The notes beneath the pieces were generated by a model that was given only the letters and a program-made list of their open reading frames with translations, was not told where the DNA came from and searched no databases. A program made the translations under genes and the position numbers. From an uncultured Pseudomonadota bacterium (GTDB lineage: Bacteria > Oederibacteriota > Muellerivitia > Muellerivitales > Muellerivitaceae): DNA of 64,000 nucleotides. This document shows positions 40,071 to 50,778 of this stretch, in pieces. The stretch spans positions 768,001-832,000 of the forward strand of contig CAVYRH010000026.1 of the NCBI GenBank assembly GCA_963770835.1, read 5' to 3'. How positions within the stretch are numbered: the first letter of the stretch is position 1; every line of letters starts with the position of its first letter.

Positions 40071-41828
40071 ATGCCTGAATCCATGAAAAAACGCCTGGGC
40101 GAAATGCTGGTGGATGAAGGCATTATCTCGGAGGAACAGCTTCAAGAAGCCCTCCATGAGCAGAAGATCAAGGGCGGCCGGCTCGAGAAAATCCTCATCA
40201 GCCAGGGTTATGTCACCCAGGATGTTATTATGGCCTTTGTGGGGACCCAGTTGGGTATCCCCCATGTCAGCCTGACCGAAATTGGCGATATCCCCAACGA
40301 CGTGGTTTTTTCCGTCCCCGAATCTATCGCGATCAACCATTGCCTCATCCCAATCGTTAAAAAAGACAAAAAACTGACCGTCGCCATGGCCGATCCGCTG
40401 AACGTTTTCGCCATCGACGACATCAAAATGATGACGGGTTTCGAAGTAGAACCGGCCATCGCCAGTGAAACCGAAATCAAATCCTTGCAGGCCAAGTATT
40501 ACGGGGCGGCGTCCGGAGGCGGAGGGGGCGGTGGCCCGGAAGCTGGCGGCGACATGCAGGAAATCATCAATTCCATGGGCGGCGGAGACAATTTGGAAGT
40601 CATGGAAGAGAAGCAAGAGGACATGGACATTTCCAAATTGGAGGCCGCGGGCGAGGATGCCCCGGTGGTCCGCTTGGTCAACCTGATCCTGACGGAAGCG
40701 GTCCGGGCGAACGCCAGCGACATCCACGTTGAACCTTACGAGAAAAGCCTCCGCTGCCGCTACCGGATTGACGGGGTCCTCCACGAAGTCCAATCACCTC
40801 CCCGATCCCTTTCCGCAGCCATTTCCTCTCGTATCAAGATCATGTCTTCGCTCGACATCGCCGAGCGGCGCCTGCCTCAAGACGGGCGTATTAAAATCAA
40901 GGTTTTGGGAAAGGAAATTGACCTTCGCGTTTCAGTTTGCCCCGTCCAATTCGGCGAAAAGATCGTCATGCGTATTTTGGATTCTTCCAACCTGTCCCTG
41001 GATCTTCCCAAACTTGGGTTCGAGGACGACATCCTGCCGAAATTTGAGAAGGCGATCGTCGAACCCTATGGCATGGTGCTGGTAACGGGACCGACTGGAT
41101 CGGGTAAATCAACGACCCTTTATTCCGCCCTCCATTACATCAACAATCCCGATACTAATATCTCCACTATTGAGGATCCGGTGGAATACAACCTGCCGGG
41201 CATCAACCAGGTGAACGCCAAGGCCGGTATTGGTTTGACCTTTGCCGCCGGGTTGAGGTCGTTCTTGCGGCAAGACCCGGATGTGATCATGGTGGGAGAA
41301 ATCCGGGACAAGGAAACTGCGGAGGTTGCCATTAACGCGGCTTTGACCGGCCACTTGGTTTTTTCCACCCTCCATACCAACGATGCGCCGGGAGCCGTGA
41401 CGCGGATGACCAATATGGGCGTGGAACCGTTCCTCATCACTTCCACCGTCCATTGCGTGGTGGCGCAAAGATTGTTGCGCCGCATTTGCAAGGATTGTAA
41501 GGAATCCTATGAGGCCCCGCCGGAAGTTTTGGAGGAGATCGGCCTCAGTCCCAGCGCCGGCGAGCCCGTGATGTTATACCGGGGACGGGGTTGCGCGACC
41601 TGTTCTAGCACGGGTTACAAGGGACGTATGGCGATCCACGAGGTATTAGTTTCGAGCGAGGAATTTAAAAGAGGCGTGCTTCAAAGGAAGCCGACTTCCG
41701 AACTTAAAAAAGTTTGCCGGGAGGCGGGTATGCAGACCCTCCGGGAGTGCGGCGTAAAAAAAGTTTTAAAAGGTTTGACGTCCGTGGAGGAGCTTTTGCG
41801 CGTGGCCCACGCGGATGAGGCGGAGTAA
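40071..41828 (+). CDS. pilB: Type IV pilus assembly ATPase
   Basis: RLGEML (MshEN-like), ASDIHVEP, GPTGSGKST, LRQDPDVIMVGEIRD, tetracysteine Zn motif. Confidence 0.95.
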   Translation: MPESMKKRLGEMLVDEGIISEEQLQEALHEQKIKGGRLEKILISQGYVTQDVIMAFVGTQLGIPHVSLTEIGDIPNDVVFSVPESIAINHCLIPIVKKDKKLTVAMADPLNVFAIDDIKMMTGFEVEPAIASETEIKSLQAKYYGAASGGGGGGGPEAGGDMQEIINSMGGGDNLEVMEEKQEDMDISKLEAAGEDAPVVRLVNLILTEAVRANASDIHVEPYEKSLRCRYRIDGVLHEVQSPPRSLSAAISSRIKIMSSLDIAERRLPQDGRIKIKVLGKEIDLRVSVCPVQFGEKIVMRILDSSNLSLDLPKLGFEDDILPKFEKAIVEPYGMVLVTGPTGSGKSTTLYSALHYINNPDTNISTIEDPVEYNLPGINQVNAKAGIGLTFAAGLRSFLRQDPDVIMVGEIRDKETAEVAINAALTGHLVFSTLHTNDAPGAVTRMTNMGVEPFLITSTVHCVVAQRLLRRICKDCKESYEAPPEVLEEIGLSPSAGEPVMLYRGRGCATCSSTGYKGRMAIHEVLVSSEEFKRGVLQRKPTSELKKVCREAGMQTLRECGVKKVLKGLTSVEELLRVAHADEAE

Positions 41829-41863
41829 AGACGATACCTCGCAAAAGGAGAAGATGAGATTCC

Positions 41864-42928
41864 ATGGTCAACATTGATACGCTTTTAAGACTGATGTTTG
41901 AGCGCGGCGCTTCCGATTTACACATCACCGCTGGGGCCCCCCCGATGCTCCGCATTGACGGGGTCATGACGGCCACGGAGTACGAAAAACTGCGGCCTGA
42001 AACAACGCAGCAGTTGATTTATAGCATTCTGACAGATGAACAAAAAGAGAAGTTTGAGAAAGACAATGAGTTGGACGTTTCCTTTGGCGTGGAGGGGGTG
42101 GGCCGCGTCCGTATGAACGTTTACCAACAGCGTGGCGCGGTGGCAGCGGCCTTGCGCAATATTCCAACCTCCATTCGGACCTTCGACGACCTGAAACTTC
42201 CTGCTGTTGCTATGGACATCGTGAAGTTGCCAAAGGGACTGGTATTGGTGACGGGGCCCACGGGTTCGGGCAAGTCCACCACCTTGGCCGCAATGTTGGA
42301 CTGGATTAACACCAACCAACAACACCACATTATTACCATTGAAGACCCAATCGAATATGTTCATACCCACAAGTCCAGTATTGTCAACCAACGGGAAGTC
42401 GGTACAGATACCCATACCTTTGCAACCGCCTTGAAATACGCCCTACGGCAGGACCCGGATGTCATCCTCATTGGGGAAATGCGCGACCTGGAAACCGTCA
42501 ATGCGGCTTTGACCATCGCTGAAACGGGCCACTTGGTTTTCGCGACACTTCATACGGTAGACGCTATTCAGACGATCAACCGTATCATCGACGTTTTCCC
42601 CGCGGCCCAGCAACAACAAATTCGGGCACAGATTTCCTTCGTCCTCCAGGCGGTTTTGTCCCAACAGCTTCTTCCTAAGGCCTATGGATCGGGCCGTTGC
42701 ATCGCGGTTGAAGTTTTAATACCCACGGCGGCCGTTCGCAACCTTATCCGGGAGGAGAAGATCCACCAAATTTATTCTGCCATGCAAACCGGAACGGAAT
42801 ATGGAATGCAAACTATGAATCAATCCTTATTCGAGCTCTATCAAAAACAGATGGTTAGCTACAATGAGATTTTTTCGAGGACTCTCGATCCGAAGGAACT
42901 TCAAAGAATGGTGAAGGGCGTCATTTAA
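41864..42928 (+). CDS. pilT: Type IV pilus retraction ATPase
   Basis: ASDLHI, GPTGSGKST, TIEDPIE, ALRQDPD, AVRNLIRE. Confidence 0.96.
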   Translation: MVNIDTLLRLMFERGASDLHITAGAPPMLRIDGVMTATEYEKLRPETTQQLIYSILTDEQKEKFEKDNELDVSFGVEGVGRVRMNVYQQRGAVAAALRNIPTSIRTFDDLKLPAVAMDIVKLPKGLVLVTGPTGSGKSTTLAAMLDWINTNQQHHIITIEDPIEYVHTHKSSIVNQREVGTDTHTFATALKYALRQDPDVILIGEMRDLETVNAALTIAETGHLVFATLHTVDAIQTINRIIDVFPAAQQQQIRAQISFVLQAVLSQQLLPKAYGSGRCIAVEVLIPTAAVRNLIREEKIHQIYSAMQTGTEYGMQTMNQSLFELYQKQMVSYNEIFSRTLDPKELQRMVKGVI

Positions 42929-42946
42929 TTTTTAAAGGAGTTCAGA

Positions 42947-44161
42947 TTGCCGACGTTTAAATATAAAGCCCGAAATAATTTAGGAAAGATCGTCGAAGGA
43001 ACGGTTGAGGCGGAAGCCGAATCAGCTATTGCGGTGGTTCTTCGGCAAAAAAAGCTCGAACTCGTCTCGGCGGCACCCGCAGGGGGCTTGAGCGGATTTT
43101 TGAGCGCTCTTACCAAAAAGGGAGGAAAGGTCACCACTAAAGACGTGGTGGTTTTCAGCCGCCAATTTTCAACAATGGTAAATGCGGGATTGCCGATCCT
43201 TCAAGGTTTGACGATAGTCGCGGAGCAAGCGGAAAACCCGGATTTCCGTTCAGTGATGACGAAGGTTCGGGATGATATTTCCAATGGCGTAACCCTTTCC
43301 GAGGCGATGGCAAAATATCCCAAAGTTTTCACTACTCTTTATGTGAATATGGTCAAAGCCGGTGAACAGGGAGGTATCTTGGACGTTATTTTTGAAAGAT
43401 TATCCGAATACATGGAAAAGGCGGAAGGGGTTTCCCGGAAGGTCAAGTCGGCAATGATGTATCCCATTGTTGTTATGTCGGTTGCCTGCTTGGTCGTCAT
43501 TTTCCTAATGGTCAAGGTTGTTCCAACTTTTCGTGATGTCTTTGCATCCTTCGGGGCAAAATTACCTGCCCCCACCCAATTCTTGATCGATGTTAGTGCC
43601 TTCTTGTCGAGTTGGAAAGCTGGGTTTTTAGTTGCTTTTTTGATCATAGTTTTTATCGTAATCACCTTATACCGAAAAACCAGAGCCGGTGCTTATAATT
43701 GGGATTTGATGATTTTGAAATTACCCGTCTTTGGGATTTTAGCCCGCAAAGCAGCAGTTGCGAAATTCGCTCGGACATTAGGAACCCTTATTAAATCCGG
43801 CGTTCCTATCATGGATGCTCTGGAAACTGTCGCTAAGACTTCTGGCAACCTTGTCCTGGAAAAGGCGGTCAACAATGCCCGTGATTCGGTGCGAGAAGGA
43901 AAAACCCTGACCCAGCCATTGAAAGAGAGCAAAGTTTTTCCACCGATGGTGACCCAGATGATTAATGTAGGCGAGGAAACAGGAGCTCTTGATACGATGT
44001 TAAGTAAAATAGCTGATTTTTATGAAGATGAAGTCGACGCAGCCGTGGAAGGGTTAACTTCTATCATTGAACCAATTTTAATTGTGTTTTTAGGGGTGAC
44101 AATTGGTTTTATTGTTGTGGCCATGTTTATGCCGATGTTTGAGATAGGAAATGCAGTGTAA
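42947..44161 (+). CDS. pilC: Type IV pilus platform protein
   Basis: FSRQFSTMVNAGLP, AGEQGG, KSAMMYP, GEETGALD, IEP; two T2SSF domains. Confidence 0.95.
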   Translation: MPTFKYKARNNLGKIVEGTVEAEAESAIAVVLRQKKLELVSAAPAGGLSGFLSALTKKGGKVTTKDVVVFSRQFSTMVNAGLPILQGLTIVAEQAENPDFRSVMTKVRDDISNGVTLSEAMAKYPKVFTTLYVNMVKAGEQGGILDVIFERLSEYMEKAEGVSRKVKSAMMYPIVVMSVACLVVIFLMVKVVPTFRDVFASFGAKLPAPTQFLIDVSAFLSSWKAGFLVAFLIIVFIVITLYRKTRAGAYNWDLMILKLPVFGILARKAAVAKFARTLGTLIKSGVPIMDALETVAKTSGNLVLEKAVNNARDSVREGKTLTQPLKESKVFPPMVTQMINVGEETGALDTMLSKIADFYEDEVDAAVEGLTSIIEPILIVFLGVTIGFIVVAMFMPMFEIGNAV

Positions 44162-44321
44162 TTTGCATTTAGGGCCGGATTAAGTAATGTAAGGGTTTAT
44201 TTTGTTAATAAAGCCAAATTGCCCGCTTTTTTATTAAAGACCTAAAAACACTTCCAGAGTGGCGTTAAAAGCATTCATGATTTTTATATCGGCTTTAAAC
44301 AAGGCCAATTTCATGGGTAAG

Positions 44322-44350
44322 TTGACAAGAAGAATTGAGAAGGATAAAAT
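44322..44350 (+). promoter_or_regulatory. Near-consensus sigma70 promoter of the pilin gene
   Basis: TTGACA-N17-TAAAAT, with a GGAGG RBS before the ATG at 44416. Confidence 0.75.
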
Positions 44351-44415
44351 TTACATAAGCCTAATCAAAAGGTCGATAAGTTTAAGATTGGGTTTAGATT
44401 GAATGGGAGGGTTTT

Positions 44416-44871
44416 ATGATTCGTTTAAAGGCGAAAGGTTTCACGTTGATTGAGCTGATGATCGTTGTCGCGATCATCGGAATTTTGGCGGCTATCGCGA
44501 TTCCGCGGTTTGCCCAAATGTTGGAAAAATCAAGGGAAGGGTCGACCAAAGGGAACTTGGGCAGCATCAAGTCGGCCGCATCCATTTACTATGGGGATAC
44601 TCAGGGAGTTTGGCCGACAACTCTGCAATCCTTGAGTAGTTACGGTTTCAGCAGGTATTTGGACAACGTCTCGCCGGTGAAAGTAACGGGAGCCTTCGTG
44701 GCGGGCGCAACGAGCCCATCGGGAGCCCTTGTCACCATGACGACGATGAGTTCAGTGCCGACGGGTAGCGGAACGGGCTGGATGTACGACAGCAACTTTG
44801 GAAGCGTGTACGTTAATAGTACGGTGAGGGATTCCAAAAGTCTTCCGTACTCTTTCTACGGATTTGAGTGA
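44416..44871 (+). CDS. pilA: Type IV pilin, probable major pilin
   Basis: KG|FTLIELMIVVAIIGILAAIAIP class III signal; own promoter and terminator. Confidence 0.85.
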   Translation: MIRLKAKGFTLIELMIVVAIIGILAAIAIPRFAQMLEKSREGSTKGNLGSIKSAASIYYGDTQGVWPTTLQSLSSYGFSRYLDNVSPVKVTGAFVAGATSPSGALVTMTTMSSVPTGSGTGWMYDSNFGSVYVNSTVRDSKSLPYSFYGFE

Positions 44872-44893
44872 TTTGAAGCTTAAAAAAGTGGCT

Positions 44894-44930
44894 AACAATG
44901 GGCGACATTTTTGTCGCCCATTGTTTTATT
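44894..44930 (+). terminator. Rho-independent terminator after the pilin gene
   Basis: AACAATGGGCGACA-TTTT-TGTCGCCCATTGTT followed by a T-rich tail. Confidence 0.85.
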
Positions 44931-44968
44931 CGGAACAATTTTAGTGAGGTGAACTTATCCAAGCCCTG

Positions 44969-45733
44969 ATGACTCCTCTCTTTTCAACTCTTCCGGGCTC
45001 GATTCTTCTGGGCGCATGCGTAGGTAGTTTTTTAAATGTTTGCATAAGCCGCTGGAAAAGTGGCGAACAAATTATTTTTTCCTCTTCTCATTGTCCCTAT
45101 TGTTGTGAATTCATTCGATGGTATGACAATATCCCACTTTTAAGTTTTATTCTCCTAAGAGCTAAGTGTCGTTTTTGTAATAAACCCATTTCTTGGCAAT
45201 ATCCACTTGTTGAAATAATTACGGCCGTATTATTCGGTTTATCCTTTTATTGTTTTCGGGGATTGTTTTTGGTGACCACGAGTTACTTTTTCGTAAGCTT
45301 TATAGTGCTATTGGTTGTTAGCGACCTTAAATGGAAACTATTGCCACACCCATTCACTAATCTTTTTATTTTTAGTGGATTATTTTTTTCTAAGGGTTAT
45401 TCAATGGTTACATATTTAAATCTATTTCAAGCCGTAAGTAATTTCATGCTGCTAGGATTTTTATTGTATGGGATGACACAAATTATTCCGAATGGCTTAG
45501 GTGGCGGCGATATTAAAATGGGAGCTGGTTTAACTATTTGGTTAGGCCTTTCTAAATCATTAATGGCTTTACTGCTGGCTTTTGGCCTGGGATCTTTTAT
45601 GGTACTGCCCCTATTCTTATTGAAAAGGATTACAAAAAAATCGATGATTCCATTTGGGCCTTTCTTGGCCGGAAGCTCAATTCTCCTTTGGTTCTGGCCT
45701 GAAATGTTCAATCAAATAGGAATTGGTTTATGA
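44969..45733 (+). CDS. pilD: Prepilin peptidase
   Basis: GSFLNVCI, SHCPYC, WYDNIP, KCRFC, YPLVE, GGGDIK, IPFGPFL. Confidence 0.93.
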   Translation: MTPLFSTLPGSILLGACVGSFLNVCISRWKSGEQIIFSSSHCPYCCEFIRWYDNIPLLSFILLRAKCRFCNKPISWQYPLVEIITAVLFGLSFYCFRGLFLVTTSYFFVSFIVLLVVSDLKWKLLPHPFTNLFIFSGLFFSKGYSMVTYLNLFQAVSNFMLLGFLLYGMTQIIPNGLGGGDIKMGAGLTIWLGLSKSLMALLLAFGLGSFMVLPLFLLKRITKKSMIPFGPFLAGSSILLWFWPEMFNQIGIGL

Positions 45734-46830
45734 GTTTATTTTCAAAGTCAATTGTAGGCTTAGACATCGGCTCCTCCAGCGTAAAAATTCTTCAATTGAA
45801 GCCTTCAGGAAATCAGTGGCAATTAACAGCTATGGGAATGGCTGAAATTCCAAAAGAGTCACTGGAAGTTAAAAATCAAGAACTTCAGCGCGCCGCTGTA
45901 GTCGAGGCCATCCGACGAGCTTTCAAGGAAAGCGGCATTAAGACAAAAAAAGTTGCCACATCATTGTCAGGAGATTCGGTCATTATTCGTTATGTCAAAC
46001 TTCCTTTCATGACGGCGGAAGAGCTTCGTGGAGCGATTTCAAAAGAAGCGGAACAGTACATTCCACTGAATATCGATCAGGTTGTATTAGATTTTCAAAT
46101 TTTGGGTGAAGTGCAAGAGGATGGGCAAAAAAAATTGGACGTTTTGTTAGTGGCGGCCAAAATTGATGTCGTTGATCAGCACCTCTTAATGCTCAAAGAC
46201 ACTGGACTAACCCCTATGGTCATTGATGTGGACGCATTCGCTTTACAAAATGCTTATGAAATTAATCGTCTTGAACCTAACGAGGAAACGGTTGCTTTAA
46301 TTAATATGGGGGCTTCTTTAACCACGATAAATATTTTAGAGGGTAAAAACACTCGATTTACCCGAGACATTCCTGTTGCCGGCAATGATTTCACGAGGGA
46401 AATCCAAAAGGAATTCAATTTAAAGTTTTCTGAGGCCGAAGAGCTAAAAAAGTCTCATGGGACCATTTCTATGGAAGAAGATGATTTTAGTTTATCCACT
46501 GTCTCGCAAAAAGATGACCGTGTTCTCCGAATGTCCGATGTTATGACACCGGTTTTAAATAAATTGTTGGGAGAAATTAGGCGTTCATTTGATTATTACG
46601 AAACACAAGCGCGAAAAAAGACAGTGGAACGGGTAATTCTTTTGGGCGGAAGCGCCAGACTTAAAAATGTGAATCGATTTCTTGCCAATAAATTAGGGAT
46701 CCCGGTCGAACATTTTGGCGCCTTTCGAAACGTTGAACCACTTAAGAATATTGATGCTGAACAATTGGCCGAAAAGGAATTTCATATGGGAGTTTGTTTG
46801 GGCCTTGCCCTGCGTCAAACAGAGTCATAA
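45730..46830 (+). CDS. pilM: Type IV pilus assembly protein PilM
   Basis: GLDIGSSSVK, EAEQYIP, VLLVAAK, IDVDAFAL, EIRRSFDYY. Confidence 0.94.
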   Translation: MSLFSKSIVGLDIGSSSVKILQLKPSGNQWQLTAMGMAEIPKESLEVKNQELQRAAVVEAIRRAFKESGIKTKKVATSLSGDSVIIRYVKLPFMTAEELRGAISKEAEQYIPLNIDQVVLDFQILGEVQEDGQKKLDVLLVAAKIDVVDQHLLMLKDTGLTPMVIDVDAFALQNAYEINRLEPNEETVALINMGASLTTINILEGKNTRFTRDIPVAGNDFTREIQKEFNLKFSEAEELKKSHGTISMEEDDFSLSTVSQKDDRVLRMSDVMTPVLNKLLGEIRRSFDYYETQARKKTVERVILLGGSARLKNVNRFLANKLGIPVEHFGAFRNVEPLKNIDAEQLAEKEFHMGVCLGLALRQTES

Positions 46831-46832
46831 TT

Positions 46833-47405
46833 ATGATTAAAATTAATCTTGTGCCTGTCAAAGAGAAAAAAAAGCGGCAGGAATTATTTATTGTATTCTG
46901 CGCGGTGGCTGTATTGGTTCTCATCCTTTCTGGCATGCTCCTCATTTATGCTAAAAGAAAAGCGGTAGTGAATGACATTAATAGACAAATAGTGGATGTG
47001 GATAAAGAGGCGGAAAGTTACAAAAAAGAAGAAGATGAGATTGATGCCTTTAACGCTCAAAAGGATAGTTTGGAAGCAATTAAAAAAACCATTGTGGGGA
47101 TTTCGGAGATGCAGCGTAAAGTTTTGGTTGCGATTGACCAAATGGCGGTTAATCTGCCGGATGGCGTGTGGCTCACAAAAATAGACGAAGGAAAGGACAA
47201 GGATGCCGATAAATTCACTATCCAAGGGTTCGCTGTTTCAGTAACGAAGATGGAAAACTACCTTTCTAACTTACAACATCCAGGTGGGTTACTAAAGGAA
47301 GCAACTTTCGATGAACAAAATATATCGGCGCCTTTTCTCTCAAATGTCAAAATAAAAGTCCATCAATTTACTATTAGTTTTAAAGTGGCGGATCAGGGTT
47401 CATGA
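46833..47405 (+). CDS. pilN: PilN
   Basis: MIKINLVP motif, TM helix, coiled coil, LPDGVWLT. Confidence 0.9.
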   Translation: MIKINLVPVKEKKKRQELFIVFCAVAVLVLILSGMLLIYAKRKAVVNDINRQIVDVDKEAESYKKEEDEIDAFNAQKDSLEAIKKTIVGISEMQRKVLVAIDQMAVNLPDGVWLTKIDEGKDKDADKFTIQGFAVSVTKMENYLSNLQHPGGLLKEATFDEQNISAPFLSNVKIKVHQFTISFKVADQGS

Positions 47406-47950
47406 AATTCACACCGTTACAACAATACATTATTTTAGGCGTTGTGGCTTTTTTGGGGCTGACTTTCCTTTATTACCAGTTTCTTCTAAAACCGGTTAAT
47501 TCCCAAATTACGAGTCTTCAAGCGACTTTGCAGCAAAAAAAAGATAAACTGGAAGAAGCCAAGAAAAAAGTAGCTAATTATGTTGAGTTCAAAAAACAGG
47601 CGGATTCTATTCAACGTGAACTTGAGTGGTACCAAAATCGTATTCCCAAAACCATAGAAAAGGCTAAACTATTGGAAGCTATTAGTTTTGCCCAAGGCCG
47701 TTCCGGCATAGTTCTAACAAGTTTTTTATTTCAACCAACACAATCTCCCAAGGATTATTCTGAGCTACCAGCGACTGTAAGATTTAATTCTGATTTCACC
47801 GGGTTGATTAACTTTTTATACCAAACGAGCACATCAAATTTGCTGATGACAGTTCGAGATTTATCGATAACTCCCTTCGTTTCTGTTGACCACCCAAATT
47901 TCACCATCCAGACCCAGATAGTTGTCAGCGGGATTCAGGCAAAACAATGA
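47402..47950 (+). CDS. pilO: PilO
   Basis: TM helix plus coiled coil, RIP, YSELP; position between pilN and pilP/Q. Confidence 0.85.
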   Translation: MKFTPLQQYIILGVVAFLGLTFLYYQFLLKPVNSQITSLQATLQQKKDKLEEAKKKVANYVEFKKQADSIQRELEWYQNRIPKTIEKAKLLEAISFAQGRSGIVLTSFLFQPTQSPKDYSELPATVRFNSDFTGLINFLYQTSTSNLLMTVRDLSITPFVSVDHPNFTIQTQIVVSGIQAKQ

Positions 47951-48357
47951 AAAAAGCTCTCTTTCTGATTTCTGCGGCCGCATTACTTTTTTTGATGGCT
48001 TCCAGGATAGGAGCGCAACAGCAGGATGTTCCTGAACCTGTCTTTTTGAATTTTTCGATTCAACCGCCTTATGTTCCGACATATCATGGAAGGGATCCAT
48101 TTAAACCGTTGAATTGGGTTAAAAACGAACCCCAAATTTCAATCGCTGAACTGGAATATCATGGAATTATAGACATTGATGGAACGACCATGGCGTTATT
48201 CGGCTGGCGTACGGACCAAACGAAAAGATACACTTTGAAACAAAGAAAGTTATACAGCGATGCAGAGATTCCGGTTGATGGAGTGGTCGGGGATATTACT
48301 GATTCGCAAGTTATCTTGATTCAAGGTGACCAAAAAATAGCTTATCCACGGCAGTAA
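47947..48357 (+). CDS. pilP: PilP-like protein
   Basis: YHGRDPFKPL motif, LEYHGII; position between pilO and pilQ; no lipobox Cys. Confidence 0.65.
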   Translation: MKKALFLISAAALLFLMASRIGAQQQDVPEPVFLNFSIQPPYVPTYHGRDPFKPLNWVKNEPQISIAELEYHGIIDIDGTTMALFGWRTDQTKRYTLKQRKLYSDAEIPVDGVVGDITDSQVILIQGDQKIAYPRQ

Positions 48358-48370
48358 AGGAGATCTTGAG

Positions 48371-50752
48371 ATGCCTGGTTCCTGTTTTCGCCCAAAGATT
48401 TGGTTGGCAATTTTTACTATGGTTTTGGCTGATAAATTAGTTTGGGCGAGTGACATTGAAATCGATTTGGGTGGGACACAAGCACCCACCTTAAAAGCTT
48501 CGCCCACACCTATCGAGTCTTCGAACATCAATAAATCCTCCCCTCAACAAAATACTAATTCAGGAATTTCAGGGACTGCGAGCACTTCTGTCGAGAAGAG
48601 TTCTACCTCCTCCATCTTTAAAAATACGGATTCTAAAATAGATCAAGTTAAATTGACTACAGAAGGGGTTGGCAAGAGAATTTCTTTTGAGGGACATAAT
48701 CTTAACAGGCCATCAATAGATAAGCTTTCCTCAAAAAAAATTCTATTGAAATTCCCCAAAACTACTTTAATTATTCCTACAAAATTGAATGAAAAAGATG
48801 AAGTAGTGAAAGACATCCGGTCTTCAATGCATTCCAGTACGGCGTGGATAGTTTTGGATGTGAGCGGGATCAAAAAATGGGACCTTGAGAAAATAGATAC
48901 GGGATATGCATTGCTTTTGAACAAGACACAAAATTCAAACCAAGCTTCTGTGGAAACGGTCGCGCCCCAACCGAGTCTTGATCCGGACGGAAACGGTGAA
49001 AAGGGACTTTATGCTCGTTTGATAGACGTTTCTTTAAAACCAACAGATAATAGTATTAAATTGGTTCTGACATCCGACAGTCCATCGAAATATATGGTCC
49101 GAAAGCTTTCACAGCCGGAAAAAATAATTATTCATTTTTTCAATACGAAATTGGAAATCCCCGATAAGTTAAAAAACTTCAAAAATGATGATGTTGCTTT
49201 TAAAAAAGGTGGTCTTCTTTCTTTAGAGTTTCGACAAATCGGACCTCCCTTTTCACCGATTTCGGAAGCGATGCTGACTGTTTCCCCCGGAACTATTCAT
49301 CAAATTGACAGAGATTTAAACCAAGTGGTTATTACTTTGACTGCTCCCCCGATTGTGAAAAATCCAATCGAGAAAAAAGGAAATCTTAACCAACTTATTT
49401 CCATGGACTTGGAAAACGCAGATTTGAACGCAGTGGTTAAAATGCTTGCTGGTGAAGGAGGATTTGATTTGGATTTGGTTTCTGGTCCCGTTTCGGGGGT
49501 TGTTAACGAAAAATACAAAGATGTTCCGTTAAAATCGGCCTTGGCTGATTTATTAGGCCCCGGAAGCTATTCATACGAAGTTCAAGGGAATACTCTTCGG
49601 GTTGGTCCACAAGCTATCTTGACGTCCACGAAAGCCATTCTTCCACATGTTACGGATTTAATCTCGCCTTCTGGAGGCATGACACCGCAACAATTCGATC
49701 AGCTGGTTCGGCCACTTCTTAGTCCCAGTAACGCGGTTTCCTTTGAGGCTGACCCGATCCGAAATATGGTTATTTTAAATGGAACCGCTTCCGACATTGA
49801 GGATTATAAAAGAGCTATTCGGGATTTGAAATTAGACGAGAGCACGGAGAGTAACCGTATAACGAGAGTGGTGAAGCTGAATTATGCAGACCCCGTCTCG
49901 ATGACAGGTATTCTGTCGGCTTATTTAACTCCCGTCGGAAAAATTCAAGTTTCAGGATATAAGTTGGTAATTTGGGAAACAGCCCAGAATATGGGCACTC
50001 TTTTGGAATTAACCAATGAACTTGATCGTAAGCCTCCACAGGTTTTAATTGAATCAAATATCGTTGAAATTGACAATGAAGCGGATTTAAATTTAGGCGT
50101 TCAATGGAATTTAAGCAAAACTACTGGTGATCCTACTGTGGTTGGAAATACTAATAGCTTTTCTCCGGCTGGTGCCAATATACCTCCTGGACAAATAAGC
50201 TTTGGAACGATAAAGGCAGGTATTAATATCAACGCCACTCTTCAAGCGTTGGAAACGCAGAAAAAGGGAAGAATTATCTCACGTCCCAGAATTGCCACAA
50301 CCAATGGTGTCCCTGGCGAAATTAATGAGATTGAAAATGTTGTCCTTGCTGTAAATACTACAATACTTGTGCCGAACGCGGGCGCTTCAATTACAACAAC
50401 GTACACCCAATTACCTCTTCCCATCGATCTGAAGGTGACACCTAGAATTACCGATGAAGGAACAATTACTAACGATATTTCCGTTTCCATTACCTCTCAA
50501 ACCGGTGTGGCGGAGGCTACTGGAGCGCCTCCCCCTACGAGCGTTCAAACAGCTACGACCAGAATTAATACCAAGAACGGTGAAACAATTGTAATTGGCG
50601 GATTAGTTCGGGAGAACGTAACAGTGGAAACCAACGGGTTACCAATCCTTTCAAGTATTCCGATTATTGGAACACTTTTTCAAGAGACGGATCGGTCCAA
50701 TCGCAAGGAAGAGTTGGTTATTTTCATAACCCCGACCTTGTTGGAAGATTAA
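48371..50752 (+). CDS. pilQ: Type IV pilus secretin
   Basis: AMIN-like N-terminal domains, ISMDLENADL, QVLIESNIVE, GETIVIGGL, PILSSIPIIGTLF, ELVIFITP. Confidence 0.93.
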   Translation: MPGSCFRPKIWLAIFTMVLADKLVWASDIEIDLGGTQAPTLKASPTPIESSNINKSSPQQNTNSGISGTASTSVEKSSTSSIFKNTDSKIDQVKLTTEGVGKRISFEGHNLNRPSIDKLSSKKILLKFPKTTLIIPTKLNEKDEVVKDIRSSMHSSTAWIVLDVSGIKKWDLEKIDTGYALLLNKTQNSNQASVETVAPQPSLDPDGNGEKGLYARLIDVSLKPTDNSIKLVLTSDSPSKYMVRKLSQPEKIIIHFFNTKLEIPDKLKNFKNDDVAFKKGGLLSLEFRQIGPPFSPISEAMLTVSPGTIHQIDRDLNQVVITLTAPPIVKNPIEKKGNLNQLISMDLENADLNAVVKMLAGEGGFDLDLVSGPVSGVVNEKYKDVPLKSALADLLGPGSYSYEVQGNTLRVGPQAILTSTKAILPHVTDLISPSGGMTPQQFDQLVRPLLSPSNAVSFEADPIRNMVILNGTASDIEDYKRAIRDLKLDESTESNRITRVVKLNYADPVSMTGILSAYLTPVGKIQVSGYKLVIWETAQNMGTLLELTNELDRKPPQVLIESNIVEIDNEADLNLGVQWNLSKTTGDPTVVGNTNSFSPAGANIPPGQISFGTIKAGININATLQALETQKKGRIISRPRIATTNGVPGEINEIENVVLAVNTTILVPNAGASITTTYTQLPLPIDLKVTPRITDEGTITNDISVSITSQTGVAEATGAPPPTSVQTATTRINTKNGETIVIGGLVRENVTVETNGLPILSSIPIIGTLFQETDRSNRKEELVIFITPTLLED

Positions 50753-50778
50753 CCCGAATCTTTAATCCGAGCTGAACT

